Shown piece by piece: positions 52,425-62,107 of a DNA stretch of 64,000 nt (position 1 is the first letter of the stretch; each line of letters begins with the position of its first letter). The position numbers were made by a program, and so were the translations under genes. Under the pieces are notes generated by a model. It was not told the DNA's origin. It searched no databases and saw only the letters and a program-made list of their open reading frames with translations. This stretch comes from Spirochaetia bacterium (GTDB lineage Bacteria > Spirochaetota > Spirochaetia > DSM-16054 > Sediminispirochaetaceae), in contig JAXHMY010000002.1 in the NCBI GenBank assembly GCA_034520965.1, forward strand, positions 256,001-320,000, given 5' to 3'.

Positions 52425-53721
52425 AACTGTCCCGAAGCTTATTGATTTTGTCGGCGCTTACCGCTGTGGACATAATTAACATAGAGGCCTCTTTCAGCTA
52501 TATGCATATTTTGGAAGGTACTCTCTTCCTTTTTTGAGGGGAGTACGATACAAGCGAAACCATAAGCCCTTCTCCCCGGGAGTAAGGTCCAGAAACGTGA
52601 CAAAGGGTCTCCACACGAAGCGGCTCTCGAGCATCGGCGCGACGAGCCGGCCGTTCACACCGGCCAGATTCCAGTGCCACTTCCCGGCCTTGGGGTGGTT
52701 CTCCCGGTAGGGCTTTATGCAATTATGGTGGAGCCGATACACGCACAACCGCTCCAGAAGAGCGCTTGCATTTCTCGCGGTATTCACTGTATAGCGCACA
52801 TAATTGACAATATCCTTACGGAATTGCCTGTCCATATAGTTAACTGCAAACAAATTATTTACCCGCCCCGGCTGTTTAGTCCCCTTTGCCGCATCATGAA
52901 TAATACTCCCCTGCCGCAGCAACTGAGCGAAGGCTTTGTGCCGGCGAAAAGCCCGCGGGTAGGCGTGGTGGTCATCGGTATACACCTTGAGAACTGTTTT
53001 GTGGCGCCCTGCAAACAGATACAAAATCTCCTCGGCAAGCCTGGCCATCGACTTTTCTATCCCCTTCGGATCAGGGCGGCACACACGATCGAGAAATCGC
53101 CGAAACAGTTTTTGGGAGGGGCTCATACGCCCCTTTCGGCGCAGGGTGGTAAAGTCCATGGCGTAGAAGTACTGGGTCTGCTTGCCGATGAGAATATTCA
53201 GGTGGTGGGGAAAATACCTGCTGTGCAGGTAGCCCTCAAAGCCGTCGGCCACCAGGTCCTCCTTAAGGTGCATATGCTGCCGGCTCAACGCATGAAGGCC
53301 CAGAGCCCAGTGGGCCATACGAAAGAGCCGGTTTTCGGCCGAGCCGCGGGAGATTTCCAGATTCCGGATAAATCTCGAATTCCGGCAGTGGACCTAAGCT
53401 GACGAAAGATCTGCTCGTAGGAAATAACTCTTTTCGCATAATAGTTTAAGCTGAAGGTCTGATCGCTGAAGGTGCGCTTACAGGCCAAACATTGATAGCG
53501 CTGGACCGGCCCGAAAGCATCAGCCCAGTGGTGTCCATAGCGCCTATACCAATGATAGTGCTTACCTTCAAAGTGCTGTGAGCACTCTTATAAGGACAAA
53601 ATGGCGGTGTGTTCATTCTCTTTCTCCTCCTCTTTGGTGGTTCTACCTATACAGAGGGGCAAAAAAGAGGCTCTGCTTCAACTCAAGTGTGAAAAAATTT
53701 TCAATAAGCTTCGGGACAGTT
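52425..53721 (-). mobile_element. IS-like element B (1297 bp) bounded by perfect 21-bp inverted repeats
   Basis: AACTGTCCCGAAGCTTATTGA at 52425-52445 and its reverse complement at 53701-53721. Confidence 0.8.
52494..53616 (-). CDS. IS1-like transposase-related protein B; frameshifts near 53590 and 53365
   Basis: MNTPPFCPY..C..RYQCLAC, FSDQTFSLNYYAKR, DLVADGFE, VYTDDH..Y, VNYMDRQFRKD; homolog of protein A. Confidence 0.7.
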
Positions 53722-53760
53722 CAAATTGACAACAATGGCAGAAAGTATTATCAGTACATT

Positions 53761-54300
53761 ATGATAACTTTAATCGCGCGCTTTATCGCAGCGCTGAATG
53801 CAAACAGCCGTCCCGGAGAGATTGCCGCAGGTTTTGCGTGCGGTATTCTATTGGCACTTATCCCATTCGGAAATCTATTATGGTTTCTTCTTTTTGCAGT
53901 ATTCTTTTTACTGAAGCTACATGCAGGTACTCTACTGTTTACCGCTGTACTGTTCAAACTGTTTATTGGTGTGATGGATCCGCTCGTTGATTCGTTTGGC
54001 ATCAGCATCCTGACCCAGCCATCTTTGAACCCCTACTTCACCTCAGCTATGAATACTCCCGTTCTCCCACTTATGGAATTTAACAACTCTTTAGTGATTG
54101 GAGGATTGGCAATAGGACTGTTATTGTGGCTCCCACTTTTTTATGGGGGGCGAGTGGCAGTAAAAAGCTATCGCAAAGGTATTCGTGATAAACTGGCTTC
54201 AAGCAAAATAGTAAAAACCTTTGAAAAAGTTCCCTGGATAAGAAAACTAACAACGGCGATACGAAAAAGCACAGCCATATATCAAGGGTGGAGTTCATGA
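53761..54300 (+). CDS. TIGR03546-like membrane protein
   Basis: ALNANSRPGEIAAG..FNNSLVIGG; paired with the next gene by an ATGA overlap. Confidence 0.75.
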   Translation: MITLIARFIAALNANSRPGEIAAGFACGILLALIPFGNLLWFLLFAVFFLLKLHAGTLLFTAVLFKLFIGVMDPLVDSFGISILTQPSLNPYFTSAMNTPVLPLMEFNNSLVIGGLAIGLLLWLPLFYGGRVAVKSYRKGIRDKLASSKIVKTFEKVPWIRKLTTAIRKSTAIYQGWSS

Positions 54301-56446
54301 ACAGCAAAAAGCGCATACCTAAGCTATTTAGAAAGCCGATTCCACCCAAAAAGTTTAACCATCACATAGCTCGACGTATTCATGTACCGAGGGAACTCGA
54401 TTTTCTCAATTCAAAGCTCACTCAAGATGGTCAGGGTAACGATCTACTCGATACCTAGCAGAAGCTGCGAAAAGACGATTCAAAACGGCTTACACACCTA
54501 AAGCAAAGCCATTAAAAAGAATAAGGGCTTGATAGTTGGATGGAAAGCGGCCATTTTAGTTGTTATTTTGGCCGGAACCCTCGGGTTCAACTATTTTCTT
54601 AAAAACAGGCTAATTAAAACGGGCGTAAAAAGCTATTTACAAGGAATATTTCTGGCTCAGGTGGAGCTTGAATCGCCTGATTTATCGCTACTGGCGGGAA
54701 CACTTTCCTTCGAACACCTTAGTATTGCCGATGCTGACCAACCGATGCAGAATCTTATTGAAATCGGCCGGAGTACTTTATCAATCGATGTAGGTCGCCT
54801 ACTATCAAAAAAAATAATCATCAACGAAGCTTCTTCTCGGGAGATACAGTTTAAGACTCCGCGCAGCACCTCAGGTGCATTACCAGCTTCGGAGCGAGAG
54901 GATACAGAAGACGGGCAATCAGACACTGCCGACGGAGAAAGCCTCTCTGGTACAGCTGCCGGTGCCATAGAGCAAGCGGGAGCTCTCGGGATAGAGATAG
55001 GCCGCGACAGCGCTGAAAGTCTTATCCGGTCATACCAAGACTCGCTGCAGAGTCCTGACTTGATTGACGAGGTCAATGCCCGCTATCGGGATAGCCGTCA
55101 GAAGTGGGGAGGAACGGGTCGAAACTGTGCAGCGACAAATTGATTCTGTTGAAAACCGGACAGAGCAAGTGCTTGCAACCGATATATCTTCTATTGACAG
55201 TATCGAAAAAGCCAAGGATCACCTCTCGAATCTGAAAAGCCTGAAGGGTACAGCAGAGTCTGCCGGCAAGACGGCTGAAACAGCATATAGCGCCTTCCAG
55301 GAAGATACCCGCTTCCTCGGAGAAAGCCGAAGTTCGATTGAAGAGGCAATTAAGAAGGATATAGAATTTTTGGAATCAGCAGTCGGAAACTTTGCTACGG
55401 ATACCCTGCAGGTGGTAGCCGACACGGCAAAGCCCATTTTGCGTACAAAGTTCGACACACTCTTTGAATATAGCGAACGTATAGGACGAACATTTTCACA
55501 AATAAAATCAACCTCGACCCAAAAGCAAAGTAAATTTGCCGATAGAGGTCGCAGCGGCACAACTGTCCGATTTCCAATGAAAGACTACCCGGCTTTTCTG
55601 TTGAAAAACTTTGAACTCTCAAGCGGCACTGCAGCCACCGGAGATGTACAGACATTGAAGATTCACGACCTTACTGGAGACCAGGACACGTGGGGAAGAC
55701 CAACCTCTGTTGAGCTTAGCTCAGATACAATAGGGGGCGGCATGAATACACAACTTACCATCGATGCCCGAAAGCAAGTTGAATCATTACTGACTGGAGA
55801 TATAACTTTGCATAGGGTTCCGGTTTCTCTTTCAGAGGGATTAAGTTCTTTGTCGATCAACTCACTTGCAGCTGACAGTCGCAACCAAATAGAACTTTCT
55901 ATGCAGCCGGATCTCTCGGGCCGGGGAAAAGCATTTATCGAACTAAGTAAACTTGAGTTTACCTTTAGCAAAGATGCACATGTAATAGGTGAGGCTCTTC
56001 GGAATATTCTTAGCGGGATAGAAACAACTGCGCTCGAGGTCGAGTTTGAATTTTCCGAGGGACAGATCAGCAGCCTGCAGGTTGCATCAGAGCTCGATCA
56101 GGTATTGTCCCAGAGGGTCGCAAATTACGCGGAAGAACAGGCCCGAGTAGCAGCGGCAAAAATGGAAGCGGCCATGTATGACTATCTCGAAGAGGAACTT
56201 GCAACTAACTCCATGCTTAGTGAGGAACTTAGCCAGAAAGGCCGCCGTCTTTTAGAGGAAATTAAAACGGCTGAAAACTTAGACCAGCTAATCGAAGCCG
56301 AGCAGGAACAGAGAAACGACTCGCTCAGTAACAGAATTGAACAGAATCTGAGAGATGAAGTTGACAAGCAAGCCGATACATTGAAAGATGGGTCCGGAGA
56401 AGCAGTCAAAGAACTTGGGGGAAACCTGAATATTCCCGGCTTTTAA
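54297..56446 (+). CDS. TIGR03545-like (AsmA-like) large membrane-anchored protein; frameshifted
   Basis: Pieces starting at 54297, 54529-55143 and 55064-56446; IADADQPMQNLIE, FKTPRSTSGAL, RGRSGTTVRFP..YPAFLLK. Confidence 0.7.
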
Positions 56447-56461
56447 ATGCTGCACGCTTAC

Positions 56462-56526
56462 ACATTGAACCAAAACATTGAACCAAAACATTGAACCAAA
56501 ACATTGAAATAAAACATTGAACTAAA
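56462..56526 (+). repeat. Tandem repeat, 5 x 13 bp
   Basis: ACATTGAACCAAA x3, then ACATTGAAATAAA and ACATTGAACTAAA. Confidence 0.95.
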
Positions 56527-56531
56527 AAGGA

Positions 56532-57451
56532 TTGGACATGGACTGGCAACAACTCATGCAACTTATTACTCCTGCGGTGGAGTCGAGCTTATCAGGTCTC
56601 CCGTTTTATACAGCACTTTTGGCAATCGGTTTAGGAATAGGGGTTCTCACCGGTTTTTTTGGGGTGGGAGGCGGATTCTTAGTAGTTCCGATTCTAAATG
56701 TGCTGTTGGGTATAAACTATGAAATTGCCGTTGGCAGCAGTTTAAGTTTTATTATCGGAACCAGCTTTGCAGGCCTAGTTAAGCAGCGCAAGTTGGGGAA
56801 TGTGCACTTTCGAGTCGCCGGGTACATTATTATAGGCAGCGTTTTAGGGGCGGTTCTGGGCGATTCTCTGCAGATGTTTCTTCTATACGGATTGGCCGGT
56901 GGAAACACTGAAATGTTTACAGTTTTCATGCATTCCATCTTCATTGTAGTACTCATTGGAACTATTTTTGCCATGCGCACACCGGGAGAGTCAGAAACCG
57001 CGCAACTCCCCCTTTTAGCCAGGCTTGGCCCCGGCCCTAAATTTCAAATTGAAGAGTGGGGCTCACATGGTTTCAGTGTGCCCGGTTCTTTCATAGTCGG
57101 ACTTTTAATTGGGATCTTTACCGGTTTACTAGGGCATCGGCGGGGGTGTGATGCTGGTACCGGTTCTATTAGGTCTGACATGGGCTCTCCCATCAAAAGG
57201 CCGCCGGTACAAGTTTAGCCATTATCTTTGCAACTTCCGTGGTTGCCGTGATAAAAAAGAGTTTCTCAGATGTACCAAAGATTAGTCTGCCCTTAACCAT
57301 AATTCTGCTCGTTGCCAGCCTGGTGGGTGTTCAGGTTGGAATATTTCTAGTTCGACGTATCTCAGGGGCCGGTTTTCGCCGCTATTTTATCTACGTACTG
57401 ATAGCCGCCATAACTATGATTGCCTTCGATTTAGTCGGCACGCTTTTATAG
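56532..57451 (+). CDS. TauE/SafE family sulfite exporter-like protein; frameshifted near 57140-57180
   Basis: GVLTGFFGVGGGFLVVP, AVGSSL, second repeat GIFTGLLG; C-terminus in ORF 57239-57451. Confidence 0.82.
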
Positions 57452-57596
57452 CGGATCAAACTAGAAGTAAGCGGGTCAGCGTGGTGATTTTCTGAAAAAT
57501 AAATATAATTTTTTTCTATACTCTTTCAAAAGCTGTTTTTGGTAATTATACTAGTAATAGGATTAATTTACTAATTTGGACATAACGGGATAGAAA

Positions 57597-58247
57597 ATGT
57601 ATATACAAACCTCTACACAAGAGAAACTTACCCTTGGAATCGGCAATTACCAGTGTAACTGGGGCATCCATATTGCCGGACTTTACGAAACTGAAGCTGA
57701 GCGAGAGGAAATTGTTATGGGGTACCTTCATCAAGGCGACATTGACGGTGACCTGCAACTGTATTCTCCGGTTGAACACAGTGTCGAAGATTTTCAGCAC
57801 AGCTACTCCAAAGCCTATCCACAGTGCAGCGCACATCTCTACAATGAGCAGCATTTCCAGGTAAGCAGTGCAGAAAAGCTGTATTATCCGGACGGGACAT
57901 TTTCTCCGTGGAAAATGGACGAGAATTTAGACGCATTCTACCGGAAAAGCCAAAAAGCCGGTCGCAGAAATGTGCGAGCCACTGCAGACATGGTATGGGC
58001 TCTCAAGGCTATCCCAGGAACTGAGCACCTAATGGCTTACGAATCAAAACTTAATTATTTTATTCCCGGAAAGCCGTGGATTAGCCTCTGCCTCTACAAT
58101 ATCACTAATTTCGATGGGGCAACTATCATGAATGTGCTGCGCACTCATCCTTATACATTAAATGGCGGTGTTCTTACAGAAAACCCCTACTATCAGGATC
58201 CCGATATTTGGCTTGCAGATAACGCGCCTCAGTTCTTAAATCACTAA
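57597..58247 (+). CDS. Stand-alone MEDS (DcmR-like sensory) domain protein
   Basis: HIAGLYETEAER, VRATADMVWA, AYESKLN, LCLYN..FDGATIMNVLRTHP..NPYY. Confidence 0.8.
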   Translation: MYIQTSTQEKLTLGIGNYQCNWGIHIAGLYETEAEREEIVMGYLHQGDIDGDLQLYSPVEHSVEDFQHSYSKAYPQCSAHLYNEQHFQVSSAEKLYYPDGTFSPWKMDENLDAFYRKSQKAGRRNVRATADMVWALKAIPGTEHLMAYESKLNYFIPGKPWISLCLYNITNFDGATIMNVLRTHPYTLNGGVLTENPYYQDPDIWLADNAPQFLNH

Positions 58248-58252
58248 CAAAT

Positions 58253-59650
58253 ATGCACGACACACACATAGAACATGAGCTATTTTTACTTATGCTTCAC
58301 TTATCACAACGTAAAAGTGTTTTTGAAATAAAAAGAACCTTCATTGAAGCACTGCAATCCTTATGGCCGACATTTCAATTTTGGGAAACCTCAGAAAATG
58401 AACAGCCTTTTAAGGACGAAGCAGACATGACCGTCGCCACAATTGAAATTGCTACTACCCAGCACTTCTTCGGGAGGCTCAGCTACAAAGATGAGACTTC
58501 TGAGATTAGTTCTGAAGATCATTCGCTGATTAGAAACGCAGCCCACATGACCGCAATTATCATGGCTAATCTGTATCAAAACCAACAACGGCAGCACGAA
58601 ATTCAAGCTCAGGAACGGCTGCGTTACGAGAGCTATTTCAACAATGCCTTCGATAAAGTTCGTCTGTATGCCCTGACGTATGACACCGAGGGAACGATTC
58701 TGTTTTGCAACCAGTATTTTATAGAAAAGACCGGCTGGAGTCATGCAGAAATCATAGGAAAAAACTGGTTCGAATTAGGCGCATTGGAACATCAGAAAAA
58801 ACACATCGATGCTGCGACTTTCAAAACCGCAATTCAAGATCACACCCTGCCCCCACACCATGAAAATCTGATCTACACTAAATCAGGCGAAAAGAGATAT
58901 GTACTCTGGAACAATGTCCTACTGTATGATGATCAGCAGCGGGTGCATTCTATTACCACCATCGGTGCGGACCTGACCGATCAGAAAATGGCCGAAAAAC
59001 AACTCAGAGAAGAGCTGAATGAAAAGACAACCCTTATTAAAGAGATCCATCACCGGGTAAAGAACAATCTAAATGTGGTTACCAGCCTGCTGAATCTGCA
59101 GAAAAATGAAATCATCGATATAGAATCAGCTAAGGCTGCTTTTGAGGAGAGTCAAAAACGGATAATTACCATGGCCCTTGTCCATGAAGACCTCTACCAA
59201 TCAGCGAAACTTTCCGAGATAGATATGTCCTCGTATGTCCACAGTCTCGTCTCAAGACAGCGCGAACTATTCTCTGCTCAAGGCAATATACGCTTCAAGC
59301 TTGATATTCAAAGTGTTTCTTTGGACATAACCAAGGCAGTACCCATAGGCCTAATTATTAACGAGCTGTTGTCAAATGCCTGCAGCCACGCTTTTACCAA
59401 AAAGCAGGAAGCGGTCATTTCCATCAGTCTCGGGCAGAAGGATACCGGGAGGTGTACATTGAAGTTTCATGACAACGGATGTGGACTCCCGGATAACTTC
59501 GATATCAATAAACAGAATTCACTCGGATTGAATCTGGTCAATATCCTCACACAACAGATTGACGGCAGCTTACGCTGCTTCAATAACGAGGGTGCAACTT
59601 TTTATATAGAGTTTCCCAATTCGGAGGAATCCCCACATGCCGGTGATTAG
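58253..59650 (+). CDS. Soluble PAS histidine kinase (HisKA_2 type)
   Basis: PAS/PAC, KEIHHRVKNNL, MALVHEDLY, GLIINELLSNA, DNGCG, SLGLNLV. Confidence 0.92.
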   Translation: MHDTHIEHELFLLMLHLSQRKSVFEIKRTFIEALQSLWPTFQFWETSENEQPFKDEADMTVATIEIATTQHFFGRLSYKDETSEISSEDHSLIRNAAHMTAIIMANLYQNQQRQHEIQAQERLRYESYFNNAFDKVRLYALTYDTEGTILFCNQYFIEKTGWSHAEIIGKNWFELGALEHQKKHIDAATFKTAIQDHTLPPHHENLIYTKSGEKRYVLWNNVLLYDDQQRVHSITTIGADLTDQKMAEKQLREELNEKTTLIKEIHHRVKNNLNVVTSLLNLQKNEIIDIESAKAAFEESQKRIITMALVHEDLYQSAKLSEIDMSSYVHSLVSRQRELFSAQGNIRFKLDIQSVSLDITKAVPIGLIINELLSNACSHAFTKKQEAVISISLGQKDTGRCTLKFHDNGCGLPDNFDINKQNSLGLNLVNILTQQIDGSLRCFNNEGATFYIEFPNSEESPHAGD

Positions 59651-59740
59651 TTTACATGAGCCCTGCCGTCTATCTCTATATTCTGGGCTTTCTGGTGCAG
59701 CAGGCTAATTGCCTGATACCACATGTACGCGGATGCCCGC
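59647..59740 (-). repeat. Displaced 94-bp copy of the acyltransferase 3' end (left direct repeat)
   Basis: 92/94 identical to 62191-62284. Confidence 0.95.
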
Positions 59741-59934
59741 CCCACCTCGGTGATGGAGTAGGGAAAGTCAAGACTCGGGTGTGGATAATCCAAACAGCAA
59801 GAAAAAGAACAGCGGTATAGACAAGTGTTAAAACTTTTCTTGATTCAGGCATCAAGATAGTATTAAACTTTAAATAAAGAAGCTCGCAAAAACAATCGAG
59901 GTTACTGCCGATTCTTGACCATGGAGGAATATGT

Positions 59935-60033
59935 ATGGTGCCCGATTATATACAAAGACTCTCCGATACCCTGTGGGAGATATCACCGGACTTCAAACAG
60001 GGGATGCAGGAAAATAAAGAAGGAAAATTTTGA
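59935..60033 (+). pseudogene. Possible 5' stub of an RtcB-family gene
   Basis: GGAGG RBS, then MVPDYIQRLSDTLWEISPDFKQGM, which resembles RtcB N-termini (WEIP..K.GMRVP) from memory; stops after 32 aa. Confidence 0.4.
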
Positions 60034-60178
60034 TTTTTTAACATTACATTACTATAATTATAATGTATGATAAAGAAATCAAGCATAAACAGCCAGAGAT
60101 CTTCGGTGCCTTTTTCTCTCTTGGAACTCGATACCACAGCTTTTCACGCAGTAGTGGTCAGAATGGAAACCCCTCCCA

Positions 60179-60415
60179 ATGGGAAGACTTCAAACGCCTT
60201 GGGCGTGGGCTGATGCATTCGAAGGACAGCTCACCCCTGCAGAGCTTTCTGTGGCGGGGGCGGCGGTATCCGGCCTGAGCGATCGTGAGATTGCCAAGCA
60301 GCGGGGCTCTGCAGCACGGACAGTAGCCGTTCAGCTCCGTTCGATCTATGGGAAACTGGGTATCTCCTCGAGAACCGAATTGGCAGCCGTGTTTGACGGA
60401 GGGCTTTGCCCTTGA
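60179..60415 (+). CDS. Small LuxR-type HTH protein (true start may lie upstream, about 60063)
   Basis: LTPAELSVAGAAVSGLSDREIAKQRG..RTVAVQLRSIYGKLGISSRTEL. Confidence 0.8.
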   Translation: MGRLQTPWAWADAFEGQLTPAELSVAGAAVSGLSDREIAKQRGSAARTVAVQLRSIYGKLGISSRTELAAVFDGGLCP

Positions 60416-61449
60416 GCAATCTCGTACTAACACCTCGCTTTCACGAGCTGCTGGAACACACCTACCGTCTTGATGTAGAGCCGCAGCAGTGGCAGCGACG
60501 CCTTACGGAAGAAATCCGAAACCGTTTTCCCTTCGGTCCGGGGGTCCTCTCCTACGAGTTCGATATTCGCCGTCCGGAGAAGAGGGTCTTCCTTGGTCGG
60601 GTTATGGGAGTGGGCGATATAGAGGGCTTCACTGAACAGACCGCGCAGGTGCACGACTCCCTCGACTCGGATCTCTACCGACAGCTGTTGGAGGGGCTCG
60701 GAACCCATGCAGCCACCATCCGGGAGGCCCTGGAGAAGCTCGATGTCGATATGTCCGTGTTAACCCCCGTAGAGCAGTCTATCGAACCCCTAGGGTTCCA
60801 AGATATATGGGGAGTGTGCTCCATGAATCCTGATGCCGTCGGTATCGTGTTTGCCGTGCCCCTCCTCGAGAGGGAAGCAGTAAGGGACGTAGATCGCCGG
60901 GCATGGACGAAGGTGGGGGTGCACATAGCCGCCGCGCATCGTCTGCAGCGGCGACTCCGCCGGAACCCCGGTTTTGAGGACGCGGAGGGAATCTTCCGGG
61001 CCGACGGCAGAGAGGTGCAGCTCGGGGGTCCTGCGATAGACGAACGCGATGCCCTTAGCCGCTTCATCCGTACAGTAGACAGGGCCAGAGCGCACGACTA
61101 CCGCAGCGGGGAAGATTCAACCCTCGATGTATGGGAGGGGCTGCTGCGGGGTCGCTGGAGCCTTGTCGACCATATAGACAGCGACGGTGCACACTACCTG
61201 CTGGCGATACGTAACGATCCCGATGCCGAGGCGCCGCATACCCTTTCCCGTCGAGAGGCTCAGGTGGCAAGCTACGCCGCCCAGGGCCATATGAATAAAG
61301 AGATAGCCTACGAACTCGGCCTGGCCGCCTCTACGGTGGCGAGCCATCTGTCGAAAGCCCTCATAAAGCTCAAACTTGGTTCGCGAACCGAGTTGGTGTG
61401 GCTTTACGGGCGCCTGCAGGGCGGGATCAAGACACAGGGCGAACAGTAG
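60406..61449 (+). CDS. LuxR family regulator with a large N-terminal domain
   Basis: C-terminal LSRREAQVA..GHMNKEIAYELGL..STV..KL..SRTEL; overlaps the small HTH gene. Confidence 0.88.
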   Translation: MPLSNLVLTPRFHELLEHTYRLDVEPQQWQRRLTEEIRNRFPFGPGVLSYEFDIRRPEKRVFLGRVMGVGDIEGFTEQTAQVHDSLDSDLYRQLLEGLGTHAATIREALEKLDVDMSVLTPVEQSIEPLGFQDIWGVCSMNPDAVGIVFAVPLLEREAVRDVDRRAWTKVGVHIAAAHRLQRRLRRNPGFEDAEGIFRADGREVQLGGPAIDERDALSRFIRTVDRARAHDYRSGEDSTLDVWEGLLRGRWSLVDHIDSDGAHYLLAIRNDPDAEAPHTLSRREAQVASYAAQGHMNKEIAYELGLAASTVASHLSKALIKLKLGSRTELVWLYGRLQGGIKTQGEQ

Positions 61450-61591
61450 GACTGCCCGGCCTACCCCCTTCCATTCACCTATCTTTACAGCCGTTCCTCT
61501 TAACTCCCGACCCTACCCTGGACAAATTGACTATGTGTAAACCGCCGGGAAGGCAGTATTCTTGAGTTAGTTTTAATAATGAGAGGTTTGT

Positions 61592-62041
61592 ATGAACCGA
61601 ATGAGTAAGATGTTTTTTGTACTGGCGCTAACCGGCCTGGCACTTTTTATGATTGGCTGCGAGAACCCGATATCGAGCGACGAGAACGGGGGTGACGAAA
61701 GCGGCACTTCGAAGGACGCCCGGTCTTTTGACCTGGTTCTCGAGTCGAATCCTAACACAAAACTGGGTACGGTAGCGACTGAGAGGATTACCGCAGAGGA
61801 TGACGCGTACATAGATGACGGCTTCTTTATCGTAGTGAGCATAGACGATGGTGTCTCCTATCCAGAGCCGTATGACATTTTCATGGAAGAGGGTACGGGA
61901 GTGTGCGGTACCTGGGATGTATATGAAGATGAACAAGGAGAGATGCCCTGCGACTATGATGTTTTCTTAGAGGACACTTCGGCGTTAGATGTAACGAGCG
62001 AAGACGGGAATGGTGAGAAGGCCGTTTTGCAAGCTCAGTAA
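61592..62041 (+). CDS. Acidic lipoprotein
   Basis: MNRMSKMFFVLALTGLALFMIGC lipobox; GAGG RBS; Asp/Glu-rich. Confidence 0.78.
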   Translation: MNRMSKMFFVLALTGLALFMIGCENPISSDENGGDESGTSKDARSFDLVLESNPNTKLGTVATERITAEDDAYIDDGFFIVVSIDDGVSYPEPYDIFMEEGTGVCGTWDVYEDEQGEMPCDYDVFLEDTSALDVTSEDGNGEKAVLQAQ

Positions 62042-62107
62042 TACCTTGCTCCCAAAGCTAAAGCCTCAGCTTCATATTCGCCGCATTTAGGGGTATAACA
62101 GAGGAGG

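Noticed and set aside
52460..52495. dif/Xer-like site (CTATGTTAAT on the minus strand)
   Set aside because: Only a partial XerD-like arm; no matching XerC arm at the right spacing.
51283..53600. IS1-style programmed -1 frameshift (InsA/InsB) in the two transposase-like genes
   Set aside because: The breaks are at different positions in the two copies, lie before or inside the HTH, and lack an A6C-type site; probably assembly errors.
50347..53721. Composite transposon carrying the GDSL gene
   Set aside because: The two flanking elements have unrelated ends and divergent proteins, and no duplication flanks the whole unit.
56462..56526. CRISPR array
   Set aside because: The 13-bp units are contiguous with no spacers, and there are no cas genes.
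5173..57451. Mass pseudogenisation or programmed frameshifting (cca, trmD, smc, gpsA, gpmA, iolG, lacI, eamA, tauE and others are split)
   Set aside because: The breaks hit essential genes whose motifs are otherwise intact and show no common slippery site; long-read indel error is the simplest explanation.
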